A stretch of DNA of 64,000 nt, from contig NC_092671.1 of NCBI RefSeq assembly GCF_964355755.1, positions 23,634,070 to 23,698,069 of the forward strand, in the 5' to 3' direction. The position numbers and the translations under genes were made by a program. This DNA is from Antedon mediterranea (Eukaryota > Animalia > Echinodermata). The notes under the pieces are model-generated. The model was not told the DNA's origin and ran no database searches. It was given only the letters and a program-made list of their open reading frames with translations. Positions 1 through 45,666 of the stretch are shown here, piece by piece (within the stretch, counting starts at the first letter, position 1; the number at the start of each line of letters is the position of its first letter).

Positions 1-271
1 CTCAATGAATTCACTTGTATGTAGCGCGTTTAACACCAGTGCACAGTATAACAATGTGCAGTCAGCCGTATATTGGGGCGGGGCCATAGTCGAACATGCA
101 TATTGGCGTCTAGACGCAGCCAAATCAAATCAAATCAAATCGGGTTTTGAGACGCGTTTTTGGGTAAACAATAGAAAACGCGTCTGGACGCTGATTTGTG
201 GTCTGAAATAATTTGTAGATGACGCCTAATATAAATGTTCAAATAATTTCATTTGGCTTCGTATGATTATT

Positions 272-386
272 TTTGATGAAATTTCTTTTTTTCTAAGCCA
301 AAAAAGTATTTTTACATACCAATGTATTAGTATGTAACAATACTTTTTTGGCTTAGAAAAAAAGAAAAAGAGAAATTTCATAAAAA
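272..386. repeat. AT-rich inverted repeat (hairpin), ~50-bp arms
   Basis: tttctaagccaaaaaagtatt...aatacttttttggcttagaaa, symmetric about ~325. Confidence 0.7.
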
Positions 387-601
387 AAAAGAAAAAAGAA
401 ACTGCTAATATATATATTATTTTAAATATATGTTTATATGTTAAGATATAGTATTTTTATATTTTGGTCTATGTTTGATGTTTATTCATATTTTGATATT
501 TTGACTTTTTATATATTTATATTTAATTATTTGAGAGCTTGTCAACGAAACAAATTTCTTTTTGGACCAATACATTTCTGTATTCTGTATTCTGTATATA
601 G

Positions 602-35105
<34,504 letters not shown>

Positions 35106-35295
35106 AACAACAAGCTGCATAATTATAATCGTTCAGGCTTACTCTAAAAGCCTCAATGTACTTTCAATATTATTAAGAAAAATATAAGTTAAAAGGTTGA
35201 GTACAGAACAGATTCTATGTGTATTTTATGGGGTTTTTTTTGCTTTGCTTTGAATTTTTTGTACACCATGTACAAAAAATTCAAATTGTTATTTT

Positions 35296-36450
35296 ATTAA
35301 TAATAATAATAATATTTATTCGGCAAAAGTTCATAAAGTACATTTTACAATTCATCTTGCCAGGAGCAAGTAATAGGCATGAGCCCAAACAGAAAACTGC
35401 TCTTACTCCATCATTACTTATAAAATACAAAAATAACAAAACTAAGTAGCACAAATTAAGTCAAAATAAAACAAAACAAAGTTATAATGAGACACACCAA
35501 TTAAAAATAAGCTGCATTGAATAAACAATATAAACAATTACAACTTAATATTTTGAGATCAAATGTTTGATGAGTTGGACTTTAAAGTCTGAAATTGTAG
35601 CACATTGTTTAATTTCATTGGGAAGTTGCTCCCATAATCTAGGGAAAATAACAAACCGCCCTTCACACCTCTCACTTGATCTCACAAACTCATTAAAGGA
35701 TGATGGACAGAGGCCATGCATTATTTTAAAACCTAATGTGAGTCTATACACTTTAAATATATCTTCAATACTTAAAATATTTAGGGTCTTTAACCTATAT
35801 AAATATGAAGTGTCCCAATTTCCTTCTTTTCTGTACATAATTATTCTAGTGGCCTTTCTCTGAACCCTTTCAAGTCTATACATATGAGATATTTCAGTAG
35901 GTGCCCACATACAACAACAGTAAGTCACAACAGGTAGTATTAGTGCTTTGTAAAGATTTAGCATTGCCATCCAAGACATTGCTTTACTACATCTTGAAAC
36001 AAAACCAAGAAGTTTGCTTGCCTTACTACAAACATAATATACATGAGAGTGGCATGTTAATTTACTGTTGATATACACACCAAGTAGTTTGAATTCATGG
36101 ACTCTTTCCGTTGAATCGGAATTGATATCGTAAGCAAATATGATGGGATCTTTACACCTGGATAAACTCATTGCTGCACATTTTGATGCATTTAATGGTA
36201 GTTTATTTAAAACTGACCATTCATAAATCTTATTTAAATCACTCTGTAACTTTATACAGTCTTCTAATTCATGAATAGGTCTTGAAATGGTATTGTCATC
36301 TGCAAATTGAAAAATTGAAGATTCTATACCATATTCAAGATCACTCACATACAATAGAAACAAAAGAGGGCCAAGAACTGACCCCTGGGGTACCCCTGAT
36401 ATTACATTCTTCCAATGCGATATTTCACCTCTATAGATAACTCTTTGTTA
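35296..36450 (-). mobile_element. 5'-truncated CR1-group LINE
   Basis: GVPQGSVLGPLLFLLYVSDL, FADDNTI, LQSDL, LERVQRKATR (ORF 35545-36363); (TTA)n tail at ~35300. Confidence 0.88.
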
Positions 36451-37522
36451 AGTTAACAATAAAAAATTACTTGCACCTATATTCAAGTATTTTAATTTCT
36501 TATATGCTACTACATGATTATTATGAAAAACATTAAAAAGGGCCATCTGTGGGGATAGCTATAATTAAAAACCTTTTTCCCTATTCATTTGTTTTAAAAA
36601 ATATATTTAAGTTCCAAAAATATTATACAAATATGTTTTCAGAGCCTTCGTAAACCAAATATTTGATTTTGGATGTGATTTTTAGCGTACTTACATTTTT
36701 GTGTAATAAAAAACCTACTTAGGCCAAGTGGGTAATATTTAGTTTCTAGAGAGTAAAACAATCTGCGCATGCGCCAGCCTTTTTGGTTTCCTCCTCTTGC
36801 TGCTCTTTGTCTCTAGATCTCTAGCTTCCACAATCTTCACAAATATAAAACACTGTAATATGAATTAAGATTGAGAAAGAAATTGTTTTGCATGGAAAAT
36901 AGAGGGATCAAAACAGGAATGTTTAATCATAGGCCTAGACCAGAAAGACATGGTTATGCGTTTGAACCAGAAGCTATTCCTGCCAAAGATGTAAACTCGG
37001 ACTAGGCCTCACTGCAGCGTAAAATTAACCAGCAGTAAACAATACTAGACTAGGCTATGAATGAGGTAGGTGCCACCCGGAGAGGTAGAAATTCTCATAT
37101 GACTTTTCTAGACCAGTTTTTTCTGGGGAATCCAAATATATTGGGTAAACGGGCTGTAACCTAAGAACTTTCGCGTGAGGGCGCTTTTTCAAAATGGCCA
37201 CCAGTTACAGTAGACTATGATATCTTGGCAACCACTGGTCATAGAGAGTTGATTTTGGTGTCAAATTGTTCGGAATGTACATGTTCCTATTTGATGTAAT
37301 ACCACATTTTGTCCGAAAACCGGAAATACCTCTATTGACCTTTGACCCAATATCCAACAGATATATCTCCGTAACTACTCGACACAGAAAGTTGTAATTG
37401 GTGTCAAACTGTCCAGAATATAGATGTTTATATTCAAACTAATAGAACATTATCTGTAAAAATGACCGGAAATAACGTTACTGACCTTTGACCCAAAATG
37501 CAAGACATTTATATTATATTAA

Positions 37523-38494
37523 TATAAATCCAAAGGCAAATTACTGAAAAAAATGACAATGCTGTGGGTATCAGTGGCTGGATCTTAATGGAGATACAAA
37601 AATAAAAAGCGAAAAGCTAAATCAAAACGATAAAGTAAACAGCCAGAAAAGTTAGCAGAGCTTTCGGGCAACACTAGCCCTTCATCAGTGCAAGTGAAGG
37701 AATTTGGATAACGTCAGAGTATAAAGCTGGCAAGTGCTGCCTGGGTGGACAGGAATAAAAGAAATATAACAAAGGGAGCCAGGGTGGAGTCTGAATAAGA
37801 GTGGAAAACAAAGAAGGTAGCTTGGTAGAGATATAAACAATTTTGGAATGAGACTAAAAAACAGCTTAAATGGTGGTTAATATTGAAACTTAAATTTTGG
37901 TAGTCAATGGAATAATTTTACCGATCTGGGAGTATGTTCCTAATGTTAAGTCCAAAAGGTTTTGTGGTTTTAAGTAGTAATTCCCAGTGGTTTTCTTTGT
38001 CTTTGCGAGTTTTGTCGCTCCATTTGACATCGTGGTGTATTGCAATAACTCTGAAATTTGCAATCGAGTGACCAGCTGAATTAAAATGTTCGGCTACAGG
38101 TTGATCAAGCTTTAATGTTTTGATAGCTGATCTATGTTGTGTCATTCTCATACGGAGAGTGTTTTTTGTTTCTCCGACGTACTGTTTGCCACAAATATTA
38201 CAGTATATGAGATAAATGACGTTTTTGGTTAGACAATTAATTGATTGTCTTATCCGAAAAATGCGGCCAGTTTGGTTACTCTCAAATTTTTCAGTAGAAT
38301 CAACCAATGAACAAGTTTTGCAAGATTTGCCGCAAAGGTGACTGCCCAAATTTTGGCTGTCATGAGAGTTAATTTCACTCTTAAATTTGGATCTGACTAA
38401 TATATCACGAAGGTTGGGAGGTCTACGAAATGCAATAATGGGTGGTTCCGGAAAAACAGTCCTGAGACGTTCTGTGGACTGTAGAATGGGCATA
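37523..38494 (-). mobile_element. 5'-truncated Penelope-like element (GIY-YIG endonuclease with upstream Cys cluster, Neptune-like)
   Basis: ORF 38493-37918: AFRRPPNLRDILV, CGKSCKTC, NVIYLIYCNICGKQYVGET, R..QH, PFGLN. Flanked by TA-rich runs; 3' terminal segment repeated at 63744-63890. Confidence 0.9.
37653..37694 (-). ncRNA. Minimal type-I hammerhead ribozyme of the Penelope element
   Basis: Minus strand reads UUGCA-CUGAUGA-A-GGGC-UAGUGUU-GCCC-GAAA-GC-UC/UGC: catalytic core, stem II and a very short stem III. Confidence 0.75.
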
Positions 38495-38720
38495 TGTTAT
38501 ATATTAATATATAGCATAGTTTTGCATAAATTGATGATGTTTTAGTACAAAGAACAGAATGAAAATACTAACATAATTTTTTAATGGTTCCAAACTAGCA
38601 CTAGCTTTTTTTAAAGAAATAATTCTACCATAGTTTTGCGGGGACGTAATTCAATACTATCAAGAATATTGAAAGCGTTATACTGAGTTTCTCTCTCTAT
38701 TTCTCTTTGTTTTATTTCAG

Positions 38721-40905
38721 TAACAAGAATACCAACACTGAATGTCGAACCGTAAGTAATTTTTATTCTCTTGACATTACAGTGCTCAATACCATGGTTA
38801 GAGCTTAATACAATATTATTATATATATATATATATATATAGTTCGAGTCTCGGTTGGGACGACTTTTTCTCATTCTCACAGATTTCCTCGTCTTTATCG
38901 TTTCAAAAATTAAATAATTTTCAGTGTATCACCGGGCGGTTGGGAATTTATTTCTATACCTGTTGTGTTTATATATATATATATATTTTTTTTTTCATAT
39001 AGTACGCTTGTAAGAGTTCCCTCGGAAGAGTGTCCATCATTCAAACCGAGAAGAGAAGATTCACTAGACAAAGGTAAATTAAAGTAAATGCATTATTGGC
39101 GAACGATACTATTTAACGCTGGTCACATGATTGTTATAATAAATATTTTTTCATATAGAATCAACGCAGCAACAATGATACTATTTAACGCTGCTCACAT
39201 GATTGTTATAATGTATATTGTTTTCATATAGAATCAACACAGCAACAATGATACTATTTAACGCTGCTCACATGATTGTTATAATATATATTTTTTCATA
39301 TAGAATCAACACAGCAACAATGATACTATTAAACGCTGGTCACATGATTGTTATACGGTAATATATATTTTTTCATATAGAATCAACACAGCAACAATGA
39401 TACTATTTAACGCTGCTCACATGATTGTTATAATATATATTTTTTCATATAGAATCAACACAGCAACAATGACACTATTTAACGCTGCTCACATGATTGT
39501 TATAATAAATATTTGTTCATATAGAATCAACGCAGCAACAATGATACTATTTAACGCTGGTCACATGATTGTTATAATATATATTGTTTTCATATAGAAT
39601 CAACACAGCAACAACGATACTATTTAACGCTGGTCACATGATTGTTATAATATATATTTTTTCATATAGAATCAACACAGCAACAATGATACTATTTAAC
39701 GCTGCTCACATGATTGTTATAATATATATTGTTTTCATATAGAATCAACACAGCAACAACGATACTATTTAACGCTGGTCACATGATTGTTATAATATAT
39801 ATTTTTTCATATAGAATCAACACAGCAACAACGATACTATTTAACGCTGGTCACATGATTGTTATAATATATATTTTTTCATATAGAATCAACACAGCAA
39901 CAATGATACTATTTAACGCTGGTCACATGATTGTTATAATATATATTTTTTCATATAGAATCAACACAGCAACAATGATACTATTTAACGCTGGTCACAT
40001 GATTGTTATACGGTAATATATATTTTTTCATATAGAATCAACACAGCAACAATGATACTATTTAACGCTGGTCACATGATTGTTATAATATATATTTTTT
40101 CATATAGAATCAACACAGCAACAACCGTTTTATTCGGCGGGTCGTCGTCGTCAACGACCTCAGCAAACAGCTATTCAGTATGAAATGGCAGAAACATGGT
40201 GGATGACTCCGTGGTGGACTGACGATGCTGATGGTAATTTGTATTGTTTGTTTTAGCAACGTAATCTTATATCTATAGTGTATTATTATTAATTATACCA
40301 TAGTTTTGTTCACATGAATGTTATGATGTATATATATATTTTTTTTTTTTTCATATAGAATCAACTCAGCAACAACCAACACAGCAACAACCATCACAAT
40401 CGGTTCGTCAACGAACTAGAGGCATGTTTTCGTGGTAAGTTTACAAACTATTGTTATTGTTTATGCAGGAAAATGCTCCCAAAAACATCGAAAATATCAT
40501 TTTTTATTTACGTTATGTAACAAACTTCTGCCTTTTAGGAAAGAATACGCCTTTAATTCAGAAGAAGACGACAAAAACAATGTTGGTTTTCTTATAGTTT
40601 CGTCGTGCTCTTCTAAACATAACAGCGACACGTTAAAAGTAGCAGACTTATTACAACGGAATGGCTTAACCTATGTTAGAATGAAGCCAACGAAAGACAA
40701 GCAAACAATAATGAAGCATGTCAAAAGATGTAAACGCGTTATTGTATTTCTAAATTTATTTTTTGAAGATTACGTCAATGACGTATTTAATATCTGCACC
40801 GAAAATCTGGGGATGGTGGAGACAATTCTACCATTCAAAAACAACATTTTGGATGTAGCGATTTTTTCAAGCGGTATTGTCATGAACGTATTGAAAAGAA
40901 AATAG
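38721..40905 (+). CDS. Uncharacterised spliced gene (5'-partial) with Gln-rich linker and C-terminal TIR/SEFIR-like domain
   Basis: GT-AG exons 38721-38751, 39003-39073, 40108-40233, 40359-40434 and 40539-40905 join with matching phases and no stops. The last exon has GFLIVSS..SKHNSDTLKVADLLQRNG and IMKHVKRCKRVIVFLN. Domain call is by eye. Confidence 0.6.
38840..38975 (+). mobile_element. Truncated copy of tRNA-containing (TA)n-associated element
   Basis: Matches 63588-63720; (TA)n on both sides. Confidence 0.75.
39104..40125 (+). repeat. Minisatellite, 14 units of 72-77 bp, each containing a 3' splice-site sequence
   Basis: Unit GATACTATTTAACGCTGSTCACATGATTGTTATAATATATATTTTTTCATATAGAATCAACACAGCAACAAT. 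Confidence 0.95.
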
Positions 40906-40916
40906 TTTTATTGTCA

Positions 40917-41259
40917 ATGATTTGTCAAGTGTTTTACCCGTTCATGTTGGCATGATCAATATTTGCTCAAACTCCATTTTATCGTTATGTGTGTAGTATT
41001 TTAGAGATTCCCGATCATCGTAATAATGATATAACTAGAATTCATAACCGTGTGTTAGATTCCACGCGTATTATATACTTATTGTCTCACTTTAAATCCT
41101 TCTCTCGTTATTCACCCGATGTATTTAGATCAAAAAATTGTACCTGAGCATGAAAGGTTAGTTGTTATGGTACAAGGAATCGGCCCAGAAAATAATTTGT
41201 TTTCTTTTCTGTTAAATTATTATTATGTTTGTGAAGTGTATTGCAATAGATTTGTTTAA
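40917..41259 (+). pseudogene. Degraded ORF with a TIR-like segment
   Basis: ATG at 40917, in-frame TGA at codon 13, then ...IHNRVLDSTRIIYLLSHFKSFS...; probable frameshift near 41125. Confidence 0.35.
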
Positions 41260-41444
41260 TGAAATGAAATTAATTATGTTTTGACTTAATTTAATGTTGG
41301 TGTAAATTTGTAAAAGTAGTTTTCCTATTTTAATCGACTTAATTTAATTTGTTTTCTTTTCTGATGAAGTATTATTATTATTATGTTTTGTAAAGTGTAT
41401 TGCAATAGAATGTATAATAAATAAATAATGAATAAATAAATAAA

Positions 41445-42640
41445 GATGCATCTATTCCAGTACCCAAAATTCCAAACCCTAAGATTTTGAATGACTACCG
41501 CCCAATAGCCTTAACCTCGATAGTGATGAAATGTTTTGAAAAATTTATGTGTAACTCAATTATTACTCCCTTATCCCTCCCTTATCCCATTTAATTGATC
41601 CATATCAGTTTGCATACCAATCATGCAGATCTGTCGATGATGCGATACTAACTCTTACCGAACTGCTGAACCAGCATACAAATAACTCAAGTTGATAAGT
41701 TGATTAAATTAACAGAAGGTAACCATAAGTCGAATGTGATCAACACAAATATAGGATCACCCCAAGGATGTGTGTTAAGCCCCCTCTTATTTATTTTATA
41801 TACCAACTTCTAGTAGCATACATTATTTAAAATACGCGGATGACACCGCCATTGTTGGCCTATTAAAAAACAGAGCTAGTGAAACTGAATATCATGATGA
41901 AATTGTTGCTTTTTCGAATTGGTGCAAGACAAATTGCCTCTTACTAAACGAAAAGAAAACCAAAGAAGTAATAATTGATTTTCGAAAAAAATGTACTGCT
42001 CTGGTTCCCCTAAACATTAATAATTAATTGAATCTGTTGATAACAAATTTAGCTGGGAGAAACACTGTAAAAATACTATACTACTGTTCTTTCTCAGAAA
42101 ACTGAGAAATTATGGGGTAGATAGAACTGTATTAAATTTATTTTACTCTTCGATTATGTGCTCACTTTCTGTTGTGTTGCCTGGTTCTGTGGATGTAGAA
42201 CAGAAGAAAAAACCAGATTACAACGAATATTAAATAAAGTAGGTAGGATCACAGGATCTAGACATAATTTGGATGACCTTTGCAACAAAATCATAAGAAA
42301 TAAGGTTATGAAAATATGCGACGACTCAAACCACCCTTTAAATAAACATTATGTTAAAATGAGATCAAAAAGACTAAATGTGCAGAGATCATGCAATAGT
42401 AGGGTTATGCGATATTTTAATTCTTTTGTTCCGTATTCCATTAAATGATATTGCATAATTTTTGAAATTTTTGATGTATTGCAGCTTTTTATTATTTATA
42501 TAGTCAATTGTAGTTTTATGTTCATACTTGTACATTGCTAAATAATATATAGTGTTTTTAAATATTGCAATTAATTATTTTTATATGAAACGTTTTATAT
42601 ATTTTTGTACTATATGTGGACGAAATAAAGTTATCAATCA
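41445..42640 (+). mobile_element. Rex1/Babar-like LINE RT fragment (degraded)
   Basis: PVPK.P.PKILNDYRPIALTSIVMKCFEK, DPYQFAY, GSPQGCVLSPLLFILYTN, KYADDTAIVGL; AATAAA near the 3' end. Confidence 0.85.
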
Positions 42641-43049
42641 GTTAAATTTTGTTTTTAACAACAACAAAAATGAAATTTGATTTTTGCGTGTTATTTAACT
42701 CCGTATGATGTTTTTCTATTTTAATTATACAAAAAGAAAACAAGTTTTTGAATTTTTGTTAAATGTAATTGCAAACACACATGATTGTGATTAGAAATAT
42801 TCTGTTTTCTTTTTTTTTTATTTTAAACAGTACAGTAGGTCTATAATGTAAAGTTATATTTTATATATAATAAGTATTACAAATATAAACATACAAAATG
42901 TATAGCATAGATTTATTAAATTTAAATACAATTTCTTTATTTCAAAATGAATTTCATTTTCTACGTGTTTTCAATTTTAATCTTTTTCCTTCCTACACAG
43001 AAACAAATTCTGAACGAAAAAAAAAAAATTAGTAAACGAAACACGCGCA

Positions 43050-43487
43050 TTATAAATAAAATAAATAATTTAAGAATCTTTGTAAACTACCCACGAAAAA
43101 AAAAAGAAACATACTAACCGATTCATCGTTATTACGAAGTTCAAATAACGAAAACTTTTCCTTGAAAAATCCACAGGAGACACGTTTTACATTTTCTAAC
43201 TGCAATTCAGTGTCACATTGTGTCGCAACACATGTACATACAACGAGTCCTGTCACAAGTGTGCCGACATTTATTTTTCTATCGCTCATCATTTGTTCTA
43301 ATACATAATACAGCGCTTCCGAAGAAATATCTTTACACAATTCTAACACATTAAAATTGTTTTCCAACTCTTTACAAGCACGAATTGATTGATTGATAGT
43401 ACTCTGGAGGATAGGTGAATCCAAAACAACTAACCCCGTCAATTTATATTCAATGTATGCTAAAACTACTTCCTCTAAATCAACCAT
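43050..43487 (-). CDS. Intronless divergent Bcl-2-fold protein (145 aa), probably virus/Polinton-borne
   Basis: ATG at 43487. BH4-like EEVVLAYIEYKL, BH3-like SIRACKELENNF, BH1-like YYVLEQMMSDRKINVGTLVTGLVV and a hydrophobic C-terminal tail. Confidence 0.7.
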   Translation of the reverse strand: MVDLEEVVLAYIEYKLTGLVVLDSPILQSTINQSIRACKELENNFNVLELCKDISSEALYYVLEQMMSDRKINVGTLVTGLVVCTCVATQCDTELQLENVKRVSCGFFKEKFSLFELRNNDESVSMFLFFFVGSLQRFLNYLFYL

Positions 43488-44149
43488 AACGCTCGACAAA
43501 ACAAATGATAATGAATGTAATTACCAAGAAAGTTACAACTTAAAACATTTATTTTTGTTTTTAAAAAGGAGTTGTAACATAGAAACTAATTTTGTCAGGA
43601 AATGTGTTTTTATTATTTATGTGATTTATTTGTGTTTAGAAAGTTACAACATTAACATTTAATTTTGTCAAAAAATGTGAATATACGGAGCCGAATGTAA
43701 TTTTTGATCCTTAGTATAGTGTGAGATTTTATAAACAAAAAAAAAGAGCGAACGGAAATTAAGGATTGCAGATTAGACATATAGAAATGGATTGAAATTG
43801 GAAATCCACATGATCAAAGAAAAGAAACCATCGTTCCGACAGAAGCTAATGACAATTACAAAGGATGACACAGTTTGAATAGAGTAAATACCGTATAACA
43901 TAATTAAATTTTGTCAAGATAGTTGTAAAAAATAAATAAAATATATTATACCGAATTTACTTTGTACATTATTTAATTTAGGCCGTAATTAGGTTTGTTG
44001 TTCATTTATGATTGTGAAAAAAAATACATACGAATAAAACAGCTATATATAAAAAAAAAATGATTCAGTGTTATAATTTTATTTACCTGTCATTATGTTA
44101 ATAAAAAATATTCTAAATTTAATTTATATCACGTTAGATATATTTTCAA

Positions 44150-44880
44150 GGACATTTCTTACATGAAAATAAATTTGTAAAGAAATTTGTTAAATAAGAT
44201 AAATTTGTTAAGAAGTTTGTTTCATAAACATATTTGTGTAGATAAATTTGTTACATAAAAATAATTTTGTAAAGAAATTCGTTACATAAATTTATTTTTA
44301 CAAGAAGTTTGTAACAGAAAATATTTTGCAAAGAATTAGTGGCATCAATTGATTTTATCAAACGTATGTAACATAAAAAAATTATGTTGTTAAAAAAAAA
44401 AATATTTTGTAATTCAGTCCATTGGCTCAGTAGTTTGTTTAAGTTTTTAAGTATTATTTGTGTAATATTCTTGTAAATAAAAGAATTTATTTTTAACCTT
44501 TGTAATTATTTTGTAAATATCATTTATGCAATTTTATTTTATTTTTTTATTTTTATTTTTTTTTGTGTAAATAATTGAATTTATTTATACTTTTTGTATG
44601 GAAATAATTATACTAATATTAAATATCATTATTTGTTTATAAATTTAATTGTGATTATAGATTCTTATTTATTTAGTATGTCGATTAAATTTCAGATTCA
44701 GAAACATGTTACACAAGAAACAAAAATTGTCATGAAATTCGTTACATAAAAAATAATCTATCAAGAATCTTTTTTTACATAAATTTAATTTTATCATTAA
44801 ATTTGTTATAAAATTTATTTTGTCATTAAATTTGTTACATAAAAAATAAATGTTTCATGATTCTTGTTACAATTTTTCCT
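44150..44880 (+). repeat. Degenerate short tandem repeats (AAATTTGTTACATAAA), two blocks
   Basis: Motif recurs at roughly 30-bp spacing at 44150-44400 and 44700-44880. Confidence 0.6.
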
Positions 44881-44924
44881 TTTGTTCAACTACTTATATA
44901 AAAATTCAAGTTAAGAACGCAATG

Positions 44925-45160
44925 ACAATGACTGGGCGTTTAGTGTGATTAGCGGACCGCCTTCCTCCGGTAAATCGGTATTTGTTAACATTCTTTTAGA
45001 GAATAATTACTTTGACAAGTCGTTTGATGATATGACATAGTGTTATGGCGAATATCAAACTTAGTTTACGGAACTAATTACTGCAACATCTGACATAAGT
45101 TTTACGAACATTGGATGTTTTCGATGTTAGTAAATAACACAATGGTGAATAACTAGATGT
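44925..45160 (+). pseudogene. Polinton/Maverick-type packaging ATPase N-terminal remnant
   Basis: Translates FSVISGPPSSGKSVFVNILLENNYFDKSFDDMT*CYGEYQT*F: Walker A followed by the (W)CYG.(W/Y)Q motif of Polinton ATPases; contains stops. Confidence 0.7.
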
Positions 45161-45666
45161 TTGTTTACACCTTCACTGCTATGATTACAGTTAGAATGTC
45201 ATAACGGGTAAATAGGTATTCTTTAAAGAATTAGGTCTATAAAACAATTAAATTGTCGAGTTGCTTGACGTTAAAGAAGTAAATGTTGTTTGTGTTTACA
45301 TGTGTGTCATAGTAGAGAATGAATTATAAAACCATTACATTGTCGAGTTTCTTGACGTTAGAAAAGTAAATGCTGTTTGTGTTTACATGCGTGTCATAGT
45401 AGAGTTTGTAATTACGGTTTTTTTTTTCAATATAAATGTATTATATGTTGTTGATAGTTGTGTAAAAAAAAAAGTGTTTACATGCGTGTCATAGTAGAGT
45501 TTGTAATTACGTTTTTTTATTCATTTTCTTCCAAATTCTATTTAATTTTTGAGAAAATGGGCAACAACTTTTCATATGAATACAGTATATTTTATTAAAC
45601 TACTTTCTAAAAATAAAATCACTTCTAATGGGTGTATGGCCACCCAGCAGATCACACAGGTTGAAC

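Noticed and set aside
39397-40016. Repetitive ORFs 39397-39597 and 39729-40016
   Set aside because: Open only because the 72-bp unit is a multiple of three; they lie in an intron of the spliced gene.
39104-40125. CRISPR-like appearance of the regular array
   Set aside because: Whole units repeat with no unique spacers, no cas genes are present and the context is eukaryotic; it is a minisatellite.
40953-40955. In-frame TGA as selenocysteine
   Set aside because: No SECIS recognisable and the same ORF has other lesions; decay is simpler.
43670-43880. Small coding-like stretch upstream of the Bcl-2-like ORF
   Set aside because: Multiple stops in all frames and no recognisable motif; it may be another decayed cargo gene but is unsupported.
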